From Bradymonadia bacterium (GTDB lineage Bacteria; Myxococcota_A; Bradymonadia; UBA7976; UBA1532): DNA of 63,659 nt. Positions 8,601 to 16,983 of this stretch are shown here, piece after piece. Each line of letters starts with the position of its first letter. Positions within the stretch are counted from its first letter, which is position 1. The position numbers were made by a program, and so were the translations under genes. The DNA lies in assembly GCA_046290225.1 (NCBI GenBank), contig JBKAGE010000057.1, forward strand, positions 1-63,659. Direction: 5' to 3'. The notes below the pieces were generated by a model. That model searched no databases. It saw only the letters and a program-made list of their open reading frames with translations, and was not told the origin of the DNA.

Positions 8601-10503
8601 GCGTCGGGGCCTGAGGGTCGATGGGCCACCATCCCCAATGGCCCGTGTCCACGAAGACGGGTGTCGCCGACACCTCGCGATGAAACACGCGAAACCGCAC
8701 CCCTTCGGGCAGCGCCGGCCCTCTGACCTGAAACAGCTGCCCCTCAGCACTCTGCCGCGCTGCGAGTAGACCCACGGGGCCTTTCGAACTCTCCACGATG
8801 GCCAGCACCTCGGCGCCGGTGGGCAGCCCTGGTGCTTCCAGCCGTCGCTCGAGCGGGCTGCTCAGATGCTGCTCGAGTTGCCCGTCAGGCACCTGTGTGT
8901 GCAACGCGAAGCGCATCAGCTGGGTGGCCAGCACCCCCTGAGAGCTGGCATCGCTGCGCATCAGATCGCGCATCGCTTGTAGCTGAGTGGTGTAGGCCTC
9001 ATCGGTGAGCCCGAGGCGGAACTGCACCGCGCCGAGGGTGTCTCCGCATTCTCCTCTGAGCCGCAGCCGATCGCTGCGGCTCACCACCTGACCCTTCATC
9101 TCGTCGAGGGCCGTCATCAGGGCTGTCATGCCCTGAAGCGCATGACGCAGACCTGCTTCGGTGGTGCCGATGCCTTCTGTGGCGGCGCGGTAGGCCATCT
9201 CGTTGATCTCGAACACTCTCAGGCGGCGCTCTGCCCACGATAGATCTGGATCAGCGAGCCCTTCGGCAAAGGCTCCCGCCGTCCAGGCCATCTGATCGCC
9301 GGGGCGGAGCAACAGCGCCTCACCTGCACGCCCCAGGCCCCACATGCACACCACAAGGCCCACGAGGGCCAGGGCGGTCGTGGGCCCTGGGTGCAGGGGG
9401 TTCGAGAGGTCTGCCCGCTTGAGGGTGAGGGCCCAGGTTACGGCGAGGCCCACGAGGAAGCCCCCGAGGTGACTGGCGAAGTCGATGATGGGGACCAGGA
9501 TCGGCAAGGCCACGTTCACCCCGAGCAGGAACGCCCAGCTGCCCGGGGATTGCCGGATGCCTGTGGGCATCTCTTCGGGGAAGCGACGCTGCAGCATCCA
9601 GAAAGCGCCGAGCATGCCCGAGAGGGCCGTGGACACCCCCACCGACAACAGCGCCCGGCCCACCAGGGCGCTGGCGAGGGCGCCACCGAGGGCCGAAGCC
9701 ATGAAGATCGCCCAGAGGCCGCTGCGGCCGACGAGGTGCTCCAGAATACGGCCCAGGGCCAGAAGGCCCAGGGCGTTGAGGCCGATGTGCAGTAGACCCG
9801 CGTGCAGAAATGTGGCGCTCACCAGACGGTAGGGCTCGCGGCTCAGCGTCAGGGTGGGCTGATTGGCGCCGAGCAGGATCAACCTGCTGGGCTGCTCCAG
9901 GGCCCCGAGGGCGTCTTCGAGCACATAGATGGCCACCAGGATCGTGAGCAGGCCGTACGTGAGCACGGGCCGCGCGGAGAAGACCGCCCGTGTCGCCGCG
10001 CGGCGGCGGTGGATGCGCTTGAGACGATCCAGATCACAGGTGCGGGCGAGGGCGAGGTTCAGGTGGGCGATCAGGCGGGGCAGGGCGTCGGCACTTTGGA
10101 AGGCTTTGCCCTCGAGCCGCACCGTGCGACCAGGGGTCTCCACGATGAGGGTGCCCCCCTTGGCGTTCGACCAGTGCATCACCCCGTCGATTTCGTTCAG
10201 GGGCAACACCTGCGGCTGCACGTCACCAGGATGTCGAGGCACCACCAGGGCATGGCCGTCGAGGGTGACGTCGTAGGCGGCGCCGTGTCGATCTCGCCGC
10301 TGACCCCGCTCGAAGGGTCCCCAGACCATGAGGGCCACGAGGGTGGGCCCCATGGCGGGCCAGAGATCCCACCATCCACCAAATCCCGCGCTGAGGACCC
10401 ACATGAGAAACCCCAGCACCATCAACACCGCGATCGACTGCCGATCTCGGCGGTGGGGTGAGGGTGGGCGTTTGAGGGGGAACTGGGCGGGGCGCATGGG
10501 CAC
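8518..10503 (-). CDS. Rhomboid family intramembrane protease with long N- and C-terminal extensions
   Basis: YRLVSATFLHAGLLHIGLN, SVGVS (GxS catalytic Ser) and HLGGFLVG motifs. The 3' end overlaps the dCMP deaminase gene by 83 nt. Confidence 0.8.
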   Translation of the reverse strand: MPMRPAQFPLKRPPSPHRRDRQSIAVLMVLGFLMWVLSAGFGGWWDLWPAMGPTLVALMVWGPFERGQRRDRHGAAYDVTLDGHALVVPRHPGDVQPQVLPLNEIDGVMHWSNAKGGTLIVETPGRTVRLEGKAFQSADALPRLIAHLNLALARTCDLDRLKRIHRRRAATRAVFSARPVLTYGLLTILVAIYVLEDALGALEQPSRLILLGANQPTLTLSREPYRLVSATFLHAGLLHIGLNALGLLALGRILEHLVGRSGLWAIFMASALGGALASALVGRALLSVGVSTALSGMLGAFWMLQRRFPEEMPTGIRQSPGSWAFLLGVNVALPILVPIIDFASHLGGFLVGLAVTWALTLKRADLSNPLHPGPTTALALVGLVVCMWGLGRAGEALLLRPGDQMAWTAGAFAEGLADPDLSWAERRLRVFEINEMAYRAATEGIGTTEAGLRHALQGMTALMTALDEMKGQVVSRSDRLRLRGECGDTLGAVQFRLGLTDEAYTTQLQAMRDLMRSDASSQGVLATQLMRFALHTQVPDGQLEQHLSSPLERRLEAPGLPTGAEVLAIVESSKGPVGLLAARQSAEGQLFQVRGPALPEGVRFRVFHREVSATPVFVDTGHWGWWPIDPQAPTLTPLGADQQQASDPEAPPPSPPRPRDP

Positions 10504-10529
10504 TCAGTGGGCGGCGATTGTCAGGGCGC

Positions 10530-12065
10530 TCAGCGCGCGGCGACCTCGGGGGCCTCGGCGAGGCGGACGGCCTCGTTGTAAGCCCCGAGGCGCAGGCCGC
10601 CGGAGAGGATGGGCTGATCGCCCTCGGTGCGCCATGTGTAGTGCACCGCCTCGATGGGGGTGATCACCAGGCTCAGGTGGCCGGCAGCGTTGTAGACCAG
10701 CAGCTGCTGAGACTCGACGCGCTCAGCGCCACCTCGGGTCTCGACGCCGCCACACTGCACCGTGAAGATGCTGTTCACCCGGGACTTCTCCCCGGCGGCT
10801 TTCGGGGACATCCGCGCCCAGTTGTAGGTCTTCGAGACGCCGTCGCGGTTGCCTCGGCAGGTGTCTTTGGCGAGCCAGCCCTTCTTGTCGAGGGTGACCT
10901 TGCCCTTGAGGTCGAAGACCGCGAGGCCGTCAGCGGTGAGATCGCCCACTCTGCCGTTGAGGGGCAGGGGGAAGTGACCGTGCACCTGACCCTTGCGATC
11001 GATGTAGAAGTTGCCGCCGTCGAAGGCTTCCCAGAGCTCGGTCTGGGCGAGGTGGTCGAGCTTGGGCAGGGGGCGCTTGTCTCGGGGCGCCACCTGGGAC
11101 AGCCGCCAGCTGCCATCGGCTTTGGCCTGCCCTGGCAGGTGGGTCAGGGCGGTGAGGGCTTCGTCGATGAGCGCTGCAGGCACGTCTTTGCCGTTGGCCT
11201 TGAGGGACTCGACGATCTTCACCATGCGGCACTGGGTCTGGGACCACTCGCACCCCTGCTCCTGAGGATCGCTGATCCTGAGGCCGTCGACCTTCGTCAG
11301 GGTGTATCGCTGGGCCAGAGGCACATGACCCTTCTTGCCCTTCTTGAAGAGGCGGGCCGCCTTGATGCGGGCCTTCTTCCAGGTCTTGATGCGCTTCAGG
11401 TGGGCCCGCTCTGCCGCGGGGTTCTCCCGAGTGGTGGCGGTGGCGAAGAGTTCGACGTCGGAGATGCAGGTGTCGGTGTATTTCTTGCCCGCGTAGACCT
11501 TGTCGATCTTGAGCTCCACGGCGTTGAGCTTGCCAGAGGGCTGGGCGATGGCGATCTCCTGCCAGCCTTGGGTGTCTTCCAGGGTGACCTGCTCGCTGTG
11601 ACCGCTGGGGTACAAGGTGACGGTGACGGTCTTGGGCCGGCTGTTGGCGCCGTAGAGCCCCTTGGACTTCTGGTAGCCGTTGCGCAGGCGCAGGCGCACC
11701 TTGGTGGCGTTCTGCATCGGGGTGACGTGGGCTCGGAGCCACTGGCCCTTGCCGTTGTCGTCGGCCCCCTCGACCCAGGCGGTACGCTTGTCACCGTCGA
11801 AGGCGTAGTTGGGGTGGTAGTTCTCCTGAAACTCGTTCCAGGAGTTCCAGAGGAACGAGCTGGCTTCCACGACGTGGGGATGCAGCCGGCGCTCGATCTC
11901 CGGGCCTTGAGCTGGGAGCGGTCGCGCTTCGACACGTTGCTGCATCTGTGGCACGGGCTCTTGTTGTTGGACCTGCTGGTCTTGCGCCATGGCCGCGCTG
12001 CTCATCAGGGCACAGAGGCCCAGGCTCAGCGGAAGCCTTCGCTTCAGAGTACGGGTGTGCGTCAT
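10530..12065 (-). CDS. Secreted protein with a discoidin-like (NADase-type glycan-binding) domain
   Basis: Signal peptide; ASS..Y.P..AFDGDKRTAWVEG...GQWL, NGYQKS..Y..NSRPK and YTDTCISDVELF pattern. Confidence 0.65.
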   Translation of the reverse strand: MTHTRTLKRRLPLSLGLCALMSSAAMAQDQQVQQQEPVPQMQQRVEARPLPAQGPEIERRLHPHVVEASSFLWNSWNEFQENYHPNYAFDGDKRTAWVEGADDNGKGQWLRAHVTPMQNATKVRLRLRNGYQKSKGLYGANSRPKTVTVTLYPSGHSEQVTLEDTQGWQEIAIAQPSGKLNAVELKIDKVYAGKKYTDTCISDVELFATATTRENPAAERAHLKRIKTWKKARIKAARLFKKGKKGHVPLAQRYTLTKVDGLRISDPQEQGCEWSQTQCRMVKIVESLKANGKDVPAALIDEALTALTHLPGQAKADGSWRLSQVAPRDKRPLPKLDHLAQTELWEAFDGGNFYIDRKGQVHGHFPLPLNGRVGDLTADGLAVFDLKGKVTLDKKGWLAKDTCRGNRDGVSKTYNWARMSPKAAGEKSRVNSIFTVQCGGVETRGGAERVESQQLLVYNAAGHLSLVITPIEAVHYTWRTEGDQPILSGGLRLGAYNEAVRLAEAPEVAAR

Positions 12066-12117
12066 CTCTTCGTCCCCTCGCGTGGTCGGTCCCTTGGCCT
12101 GTATCAGTTGGTCTGTA

Positions 12118-13536
12118 TCAGGAGGCGTCGACGGTGTCGTTGATCATCTCGTCGACCACCATGGCTGCGACGGCGGCTTCGGCGAGATCTTCTTCGTAGC
12201 TGTCTTCGTCTTCGTAGTCTTCCTCAGCCCACTCGCCCCAATCATCCCAGTCGTGATCGTCGTGGTGCCAGTACATGGTCCGAATCTGCCGACGGCTGAG
12301 CCGTGATCGGCGTCGGGCCTGGCGGACTGGAGGCAGCGCCGCCTCGACGAAGCCATCATAGGGCAACCGAATGGGGCTACCAGCGTTCAGAATCTCGTAC
12401 CAGGGCACCTCGTCGCCCTCGATGGTCAGAGCGTGGCTCACGGCGGGCCAGTCGTCGAAGCCCGTGAGGCCTGCCTGCAGATCTTCGATCCACTTCACCT
12501 GCTTCTTGGTGCTGGCGCTCTTCATGGCGGGCACGTCGATGAGCCACTTGGTCTTGTCACCGACGAGGTGGTTGCCCGGGCGGCGGGACCACTTCGGGAT
12601 CACCCGCTCCAGGGCGTTGACTCTCTTGTTTCGATCTTTGACCTGATCGCTGCAGAAGGTCACCAGATCGTTCAGGTAGCCGTCGATGGCGCCGAGGCCG
12701 AGCAGCTGAGCCACCATCAAACGCAGGCCAGGTGGCAGGGCGTTGTGCACGCCCACGAGGCTCTTGGGCTGAGTGTGTACGTAATCCGTGAAGCCAGCCT
12801 TGATGGCCTCGCTGATCTGCGCAGGCCAGCGCGCGAGCCACTCACCGGCGGCGGTGTACGCGGTGATCTGCTCTTCGAGCTCGGCGCGCTGCGCCTTGAT
12901 GGCCTCGACCTCTGCCTGTGCTTGAGCCAGAGCGCCGCTGGCGGCGTCGTGGGCTGCGGCGCACTTTTCGAAGTCTGCGTGACCCAGAGCTTCGCAGACC
13001 TGAGCGGCGAGGCGTTTCTCTCGCACTGGGGCCAGGGTGATCATGCGCCAGAACGACTGCAGACCAGTGTGACCACGCTCTTGGGTGTGGAATCCGCTCT
13101 CGTAGAGCTGCTCGAAGCCCGGGACCTCGAGGAACTCGCCCACAACGGCTTCGCACTCGCTCACGCGCGCCTCACCCTGGGCGAGGGCCTGAGGCAGTTC
13201 GCTGTTCAGGCGTTGATCGCGTCGCTGAAACCGCTGATCGCGATCAAGGCGTTGACGCAGTCGCTCGTGGCCCGTGCGTGTGTCCATGGCGGTCTTCCGC
13301 GCCGCCGCGATGTTGAAGTCCGGGGCTGCGGCACCCAGGCGGGTGAGGGTCTCGGGGTTGTCATCAGGGACGAGGGCGTCGACGAGGGCGTCGACGAGTG
13401 CACCTCGACGATCGCGGAGCCCGCTGATGGCCGTGCGCAAGGCGGGCTTGAGCTGCTCGAAGGCGAGCCGCTGGCTGTCGTACATCGAGATGGCGTCTCG
13501 GGCGGCGCGGACGCCGTCGCCTTTGGTTCGGAGCAT
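12118..13536 (-). CDS. Hypothetical helical/coiled-coil protein with an acidic C-terminus
   Basis: 472-aa ORF with host-like codon usage, starting 7 nt after the glycosyltransferase stop. Confidence 0.7.
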   Translation of the reverse strand: MLRTKGDGVRAARDAISMYDSQRLAFEQLKPALRTAISGLRDRRGALVDALVDALVPDDNPETLTRLGAAAPDFNIAAARKTAMDTRTGHERLRQRLDRDQRFQRRDQRLNSELPQALAQGEARVSECEAVVGEFLEVPGFEQLYESGFHTQERGHTGLQSFWRMITLAPVREKRLAAQVCEALGHADFEKCAAAHDAASGALAQAQAEVEAIKAQRAELEEQITAYTAAGEWLARWPAQISEAIKAGFTDYVHTQPKSLVGVHNALPPGLRLMVAQLLGLGAIDGYLNDLVTFCSDQVKDRNKRVNALERVIPKWSRRPGNHLVGDKTKWLIDVPAMKSASTKKQVKWIEDLQAGLTGFDDWPAVSHALTIEGDEVPWYEILNAGSPIRLPYDGFVEAALPPVRQARRRSRLSRRQIRTMYWHHDDHDWDDWGEWAEEDYEDEDSYEEDLAEAAVAAMVVDEMINDTVDAS

Positions 13537-13543
13537 GATGACC

Positions 13544-15253
13544 TCAGCTGGGGGGAACAGGGGCAGGGGGCGAGAAAATCCGCTCGAGGCAAATCTCCAG
13601 CGGTTGGGATCTCAGACCATCCTGGGCGATGGCGCGCAATTGTGCCATGGGGGGCGGCCCGTCGTCGAAGCAGGCGTCGAGCAGCTCGGCAAGATCGGCA
13701 TTGCGACACACCTGGCGACACAGTTCGAGCAAATCCAAGGCGGTGGGGGCGGGCAATGTATCGAGCCGTTCGAGCACACCCTGCAGTCGGCGGTCGAGTA
13801 CGCCTGGCCCATGAGGCGCACGACCGTAGGCTTCGAGCCATCGACGCAGGTCGCCTGGGCTCCATGCGGCCGAGGCCGCGAGCCGGGCAAGGTGCTGACT
13901 TTGCTCGATGAGCGCTGGTCCTCTGGCCTGCCACTCTGCATCGTCGGCGTACATCGACGCCGTGAGATCGTCGAGCTGACTGGGCGAGCGGGTGGCCTGA
14001 AGCCACGTCTCGAGGGCGTGATGTGTGAGTGTGCTCTCGCTGTCGGGTGCGCCGGAGAGGATCTGCTGCCGACGCAACGCCACGGCGCGGCGCAGGGCAG
14101 AGCGGTCGATGGCAGACCGCCCATGATCAGCGGCGAGCCGCAGTAAGGCCTCAGCGGCCTTGAGCGCGCCGAGAGGGAAGGGGCGCTCGGCAAGTGCGCG
14201 CCGCATCGGGTCGAGCACTTCGGGCCGACGCAGCTGCGCGCTGACGAGGGCGATGGTCTCGGGCGCGAGGGCGGGCAGCGCGAGGTGCAGGCCCTGCTCG
14301 ACGCCCCTGGCGACGCGCAGGTCCTGGCGGTCGAGGCCCTTGGGCTGAGCGAAGAAAGCCGTGGGGACTTGGGCTGCGAGCAGCTCCTGGTGGCTGTTGT
14401 AGCCTGCGGCGCTGAAGGCGGCGTCGACGCCACTGAAGAGGGCAGAGGCTTCGAGCTCTACGACGGGGTGCACGCGTGGCCCGCGCCGGTGCACGCCCTG
14501 GTACAGCGGCCCATGGCCGATGAGCAGGTGGGCGTCGTCATGGGCGCTGAGCAATGTCTCGATGAGCACATCGAGCTGAGCCTCGGCTTCGGGATCACCC
14601 CCACCGCCGGCGGAGACGTAGACGATCCAGGCGTCATCAGGCAGCCCATATCGCTGCTGGACCTCGGCCCGGGTGAGGGCGGTGGCGCGCCTGAACCCCT
14701 GGATGGCGCCGACGAATTGTCGCCGCTCGGCGAGGGCGGGTGGCAGGAGGTACCGCTGGGCCTGATCGGCGTCATCGGGGACAAGGATGCGATTGTAGAG
14801 CGCGAGGTGGGCGCGATACGCAGCCTTCTGCGTCTGGGCCGGATCGGTATGCCGCCCGATGAAGGCGCTGGCCTGGGCGTGATCCCGGATGAAGGCGAAC
14901 TCTTGGTACACGCCCTCGGGGCGGGTGTCCTGTACGAGCACGTGGGGCCGGAAGCTGGCCACGAGGCCGCTGAGGATCATGCGGGCTTCGGCGGTGAATG
15001 CCCGGGGCTCGAGGCCGAGCTGCCGGGCGGTGGTCTTGGAAGGCAGCTTGTAGACGGGGCTGACGCCGCGGGCGATCTGTGGGGCGTCGCTGGTGGTGAC
15101 GATGCGCAGCTCGGGCCGCAGGTCGAGGGCCTCGAGGATCAGCCGGGCCTCACGGGCGATGTTCACGGCCCGGCGCAGGTGGCCGAGGCCGGTGCCGTTG
15201 ATGGCGCAGAAGCAGAGCCGCACAGGACCTCTGGGCGTGGAGCCTCGGGGCAT
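13544..15253 (-). CDS. GT-B fold glycosyltransferase (MurG/GT28-like) with a C-terminal extension
   Basis: NGTGLGHLRR, VSAGGGGD and SAAGYNSHQELL...DRQDLR motifs. The start at 15253 is inferred. Confidence 0.8.
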   Translation of the reverse strand: MPRGSTPRGPVRLCFCAINGTGLGHLRRAVNIAREARLILEALDLRPELRIVTTSDAPQIARGVSPVYKLPSKTTARQLGLEPRAFTAEARMILSGLVASFRPHVLVQDTRPEGVYQEFAFIRDHAQASAFIGRHTDPAQTQKAAYRAHLALYNRILVPDDADQAQRYLLPPALAERRQFVGAIQGFRRATALTRAEVQQRYGLPDDAWIVYVSAGGGGDPEAEAQLDVLIETLLSAHDDAHLLIGHGPLYQGVHRRGPRVHPVVELEASALFSGVDAAFSAAGYNSHQELLAAQVPTAFFAQPKGLDRQDLRVARGVEQGLHLALPALAPETIALVSAQLRRPEVLDPMRRALAERPFPLGALKAAEALLRLAADHGRSAIDRSALRRAVALRRQQILSGAPDSESTLTHHALETWLQATRSPSQLDDLTASMYADDAEWQARGPALIEQSQHLARLAASAAWSPGDLRRWLEAYGRAPHGPGVLDRRLQGVLERLDTLPAPTALDLLELCRQVCRNADLAELLDACFDDGPPPMAQLRAIAQDGLRSQPLEICLERIFSPPAPVPPS

Positions 15254-15367
15254 GGGGTTTGGGCCTTTGTGGGTGGGCGAGAGGCCATTGAAAACACGAG
15301 AAGGTGCCCGTTGGCCACTGTTCTGGTCTCGGCGGTGTCCGCCAGCACGATTGCCCTGGCGTGACCG

Positions 15368-15396
15368 TTGACATCGCTTGGGGGCTGAAACACGAT
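15368..15396 (+). promoter_or_regulatory. Candidate sigma70 promoter of the BREX operon
   Basis: TTGACA-17 nt-CACGAT, about 155 nt upstream of the first BREX-linked ORF. The -10 match is weak. Confidence 0.4.
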
Positions 15397-15551
15397 GCGC
15401 TCGTCGATGTGTGTCGATGGGCGGATGACGCATCGCAGGGCTGATCCACCCATAAATTCGACCACACAACCCCATACCTCGCAGGTCACCGCGAGCCTGA
15501 GCGCTTCATCACGAGGCGCCTTGGTCGTCGGCTCACCGGAGTTTGATCCTG

Positions 15552-16202
15552 ATGTCCCGAGCACTCTTCCATGCCACACTGACCGCCATCGGCCGTGTCG
15601 AAGCCCGGGGGGATCGTCCCCAGAGGCTCACCGAGCCCGACCACGCACGATGGCAGCACTTCAGGCGCCAACTCACACAGAGAGACTTCATCGAGTTGCT
15701 GCATCAAGACGCAGCGCAGACTTGGCCTGTGCCCTTTGACCTCGCGCATTGGCCAGAGCCGTGTGTGGTGCCCGAAGAGGCGGAGGCTGAGCGTTTGATC
15801 GAAGCGTGCTGCGGCGCCCGGAGCACCGAGTCTGTGGATTGGTTGAGGGCGTACGCGGCCGAGGTCGGCTTGCCCGGAGGCGCCCTCTCCGACGCGCCGG
15901 CGTTCAACCCGCGGGATAAGATCCTCGACCTGTCTGGGGGGCGCATCGCCGCCTATCGCTGCCTCAAAGATCCCACCTTGGATATGGCGCGACAGTTCAC
16001 CTTCATCGCCCAAACCAACGCCGAGTGGGTGTGTGTCGGGCTCGCCGCCGTCGAGGCAAAGGCCGCTGTGACCGTCGAGCAGGTCAAATCTGTAGATCCC
16101 CTCACCCTCGACCCTGGCGCGTTTACCCGCGTGGTGGGCCTGAGGGCAGGCGTGTCTGAAGCAGTCGTGACTCATTTTGGGGAGGCTGCACGGTGGGTGT
16201 AG
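15552..16202 (+). CDS. Uncharacterised protein, first gene of the BREX-linked operon
   Basis: About 216 aa; overlaps the next ORF by 10 nt. No motif recognised. Confidence 0.75.
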   Translation: MSRALFHATLTAIGRVEARGDRPQRLTEPDHARWQHFRRQLTQRDFIELLHQDAAQTWPVPFDLAHWPEPCVVPEEAEAERLIEACCGARSTESVDWLRAYAAEVGLPGGALSDAPAFNPRDKILDLSGGRIAAYRCLKDPTLDMARQFTFIAQTNAEWVCVGLAAVEAKAAVTVEQVKSVDPLTLDPGAFTRVVGLRAGVSEAVVTHFGEAARWV

Positions 16203-16972
16203 AGGCCGGAGCGCTGACCAGCTGGACCCGTACGCTCAACGAAGAAGACGCCCTGATGTTGCTCGAGCAGAGCGAGCCCGGCGAGTCGCTCGAGGCGTGG
16301 CACGAGAGGGGGCACGAGATCTTGCCTCAGTCGAGCCACGCCCGTCGGCGGGAGACCTTGCGCATGGTGCAAGGGGCCTTGCTCGACGTGCAGGGAGAGG
16401 GTGACAGCGCCGTCGTCGCCGACAGCGCCTATCTGCGCATGATGCGCACCGGCCGGCCTCGGCTGCGGCTCGACCTGCTCTATGGGCGCTACCTGTTCGA
16501 GAAAAGCTGGATTCTGCGCGCCCTCGAAGAGCTGATTCACCCTGGCCTCGAGGCCGCCGAAGCGCCTCTGGCCGAGCCTGACGCTGGGCACATCACCGAA
16601 GAGCACTGGGCGCTCTGGATCGATCAGCACATCAAGGCAGGCACGGGGCCCACCTCAGTGAAAAAAACTCGGTCATATTTGATCAAGAACCTCAGCTTGC
16701 TCGGGGTGTTGCGCGCTGAAGAGGGCCACACGCGGGTCAAGCGTGGCGAGCCGGCGCGCTTGGCCTTTGGCTGGGTCGTCGCCCACGAGATGGCCACCCG
16801 ACACCTCGGCGAGATGAGCGAGTACGCAGCGGCAGAGAAGAGCCGCGCCGCCCACCTGTTCGCCACCACGCCGGCCTATGCCGAGCAATGCATCGAAGAC
16901 GCCGTGATGCAGGGCCTGCTGCGACGAGAGCACCTCGTCGGCCAAGCGCGGGTCACCGTGGGCCAGCTCTAG
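16193..16972 (+). CDS. BrxA-like (DUF1819-like) putative DNA-binding protein
   Basis: Size, operon position and helical patterns (ILPQSSHARRRETLRMV; TSVKKTRSYLIKNLSLLGVL) resemble BrxA. Judged by eye only. Confidence 0.5.
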   Translation: MGVEAGALTSWTRTLNEEDALMLLEQSEPGESLEAWHERGHEILPQSSHARRRETLRMVQGALLDVQGEGDSAVVADSAYLRMMRTGRPRLRLDLLYGRYLFEKSWILRALEELIHPGLEAAEAPLAEPDAGHITEEHWALWIDQHIKAGTGPTSVKKTRSYLIKNLSLLGVLRAEEGHTRVKRGEPARLAFGWVVAHEMATRHLGEMSEYAAAEKSRAAHLFATTPAYAEQCIEDAVMQGLLRREHLVGQARVTVGQL

Positions 16973-16983
16973 GAGATCGCACC

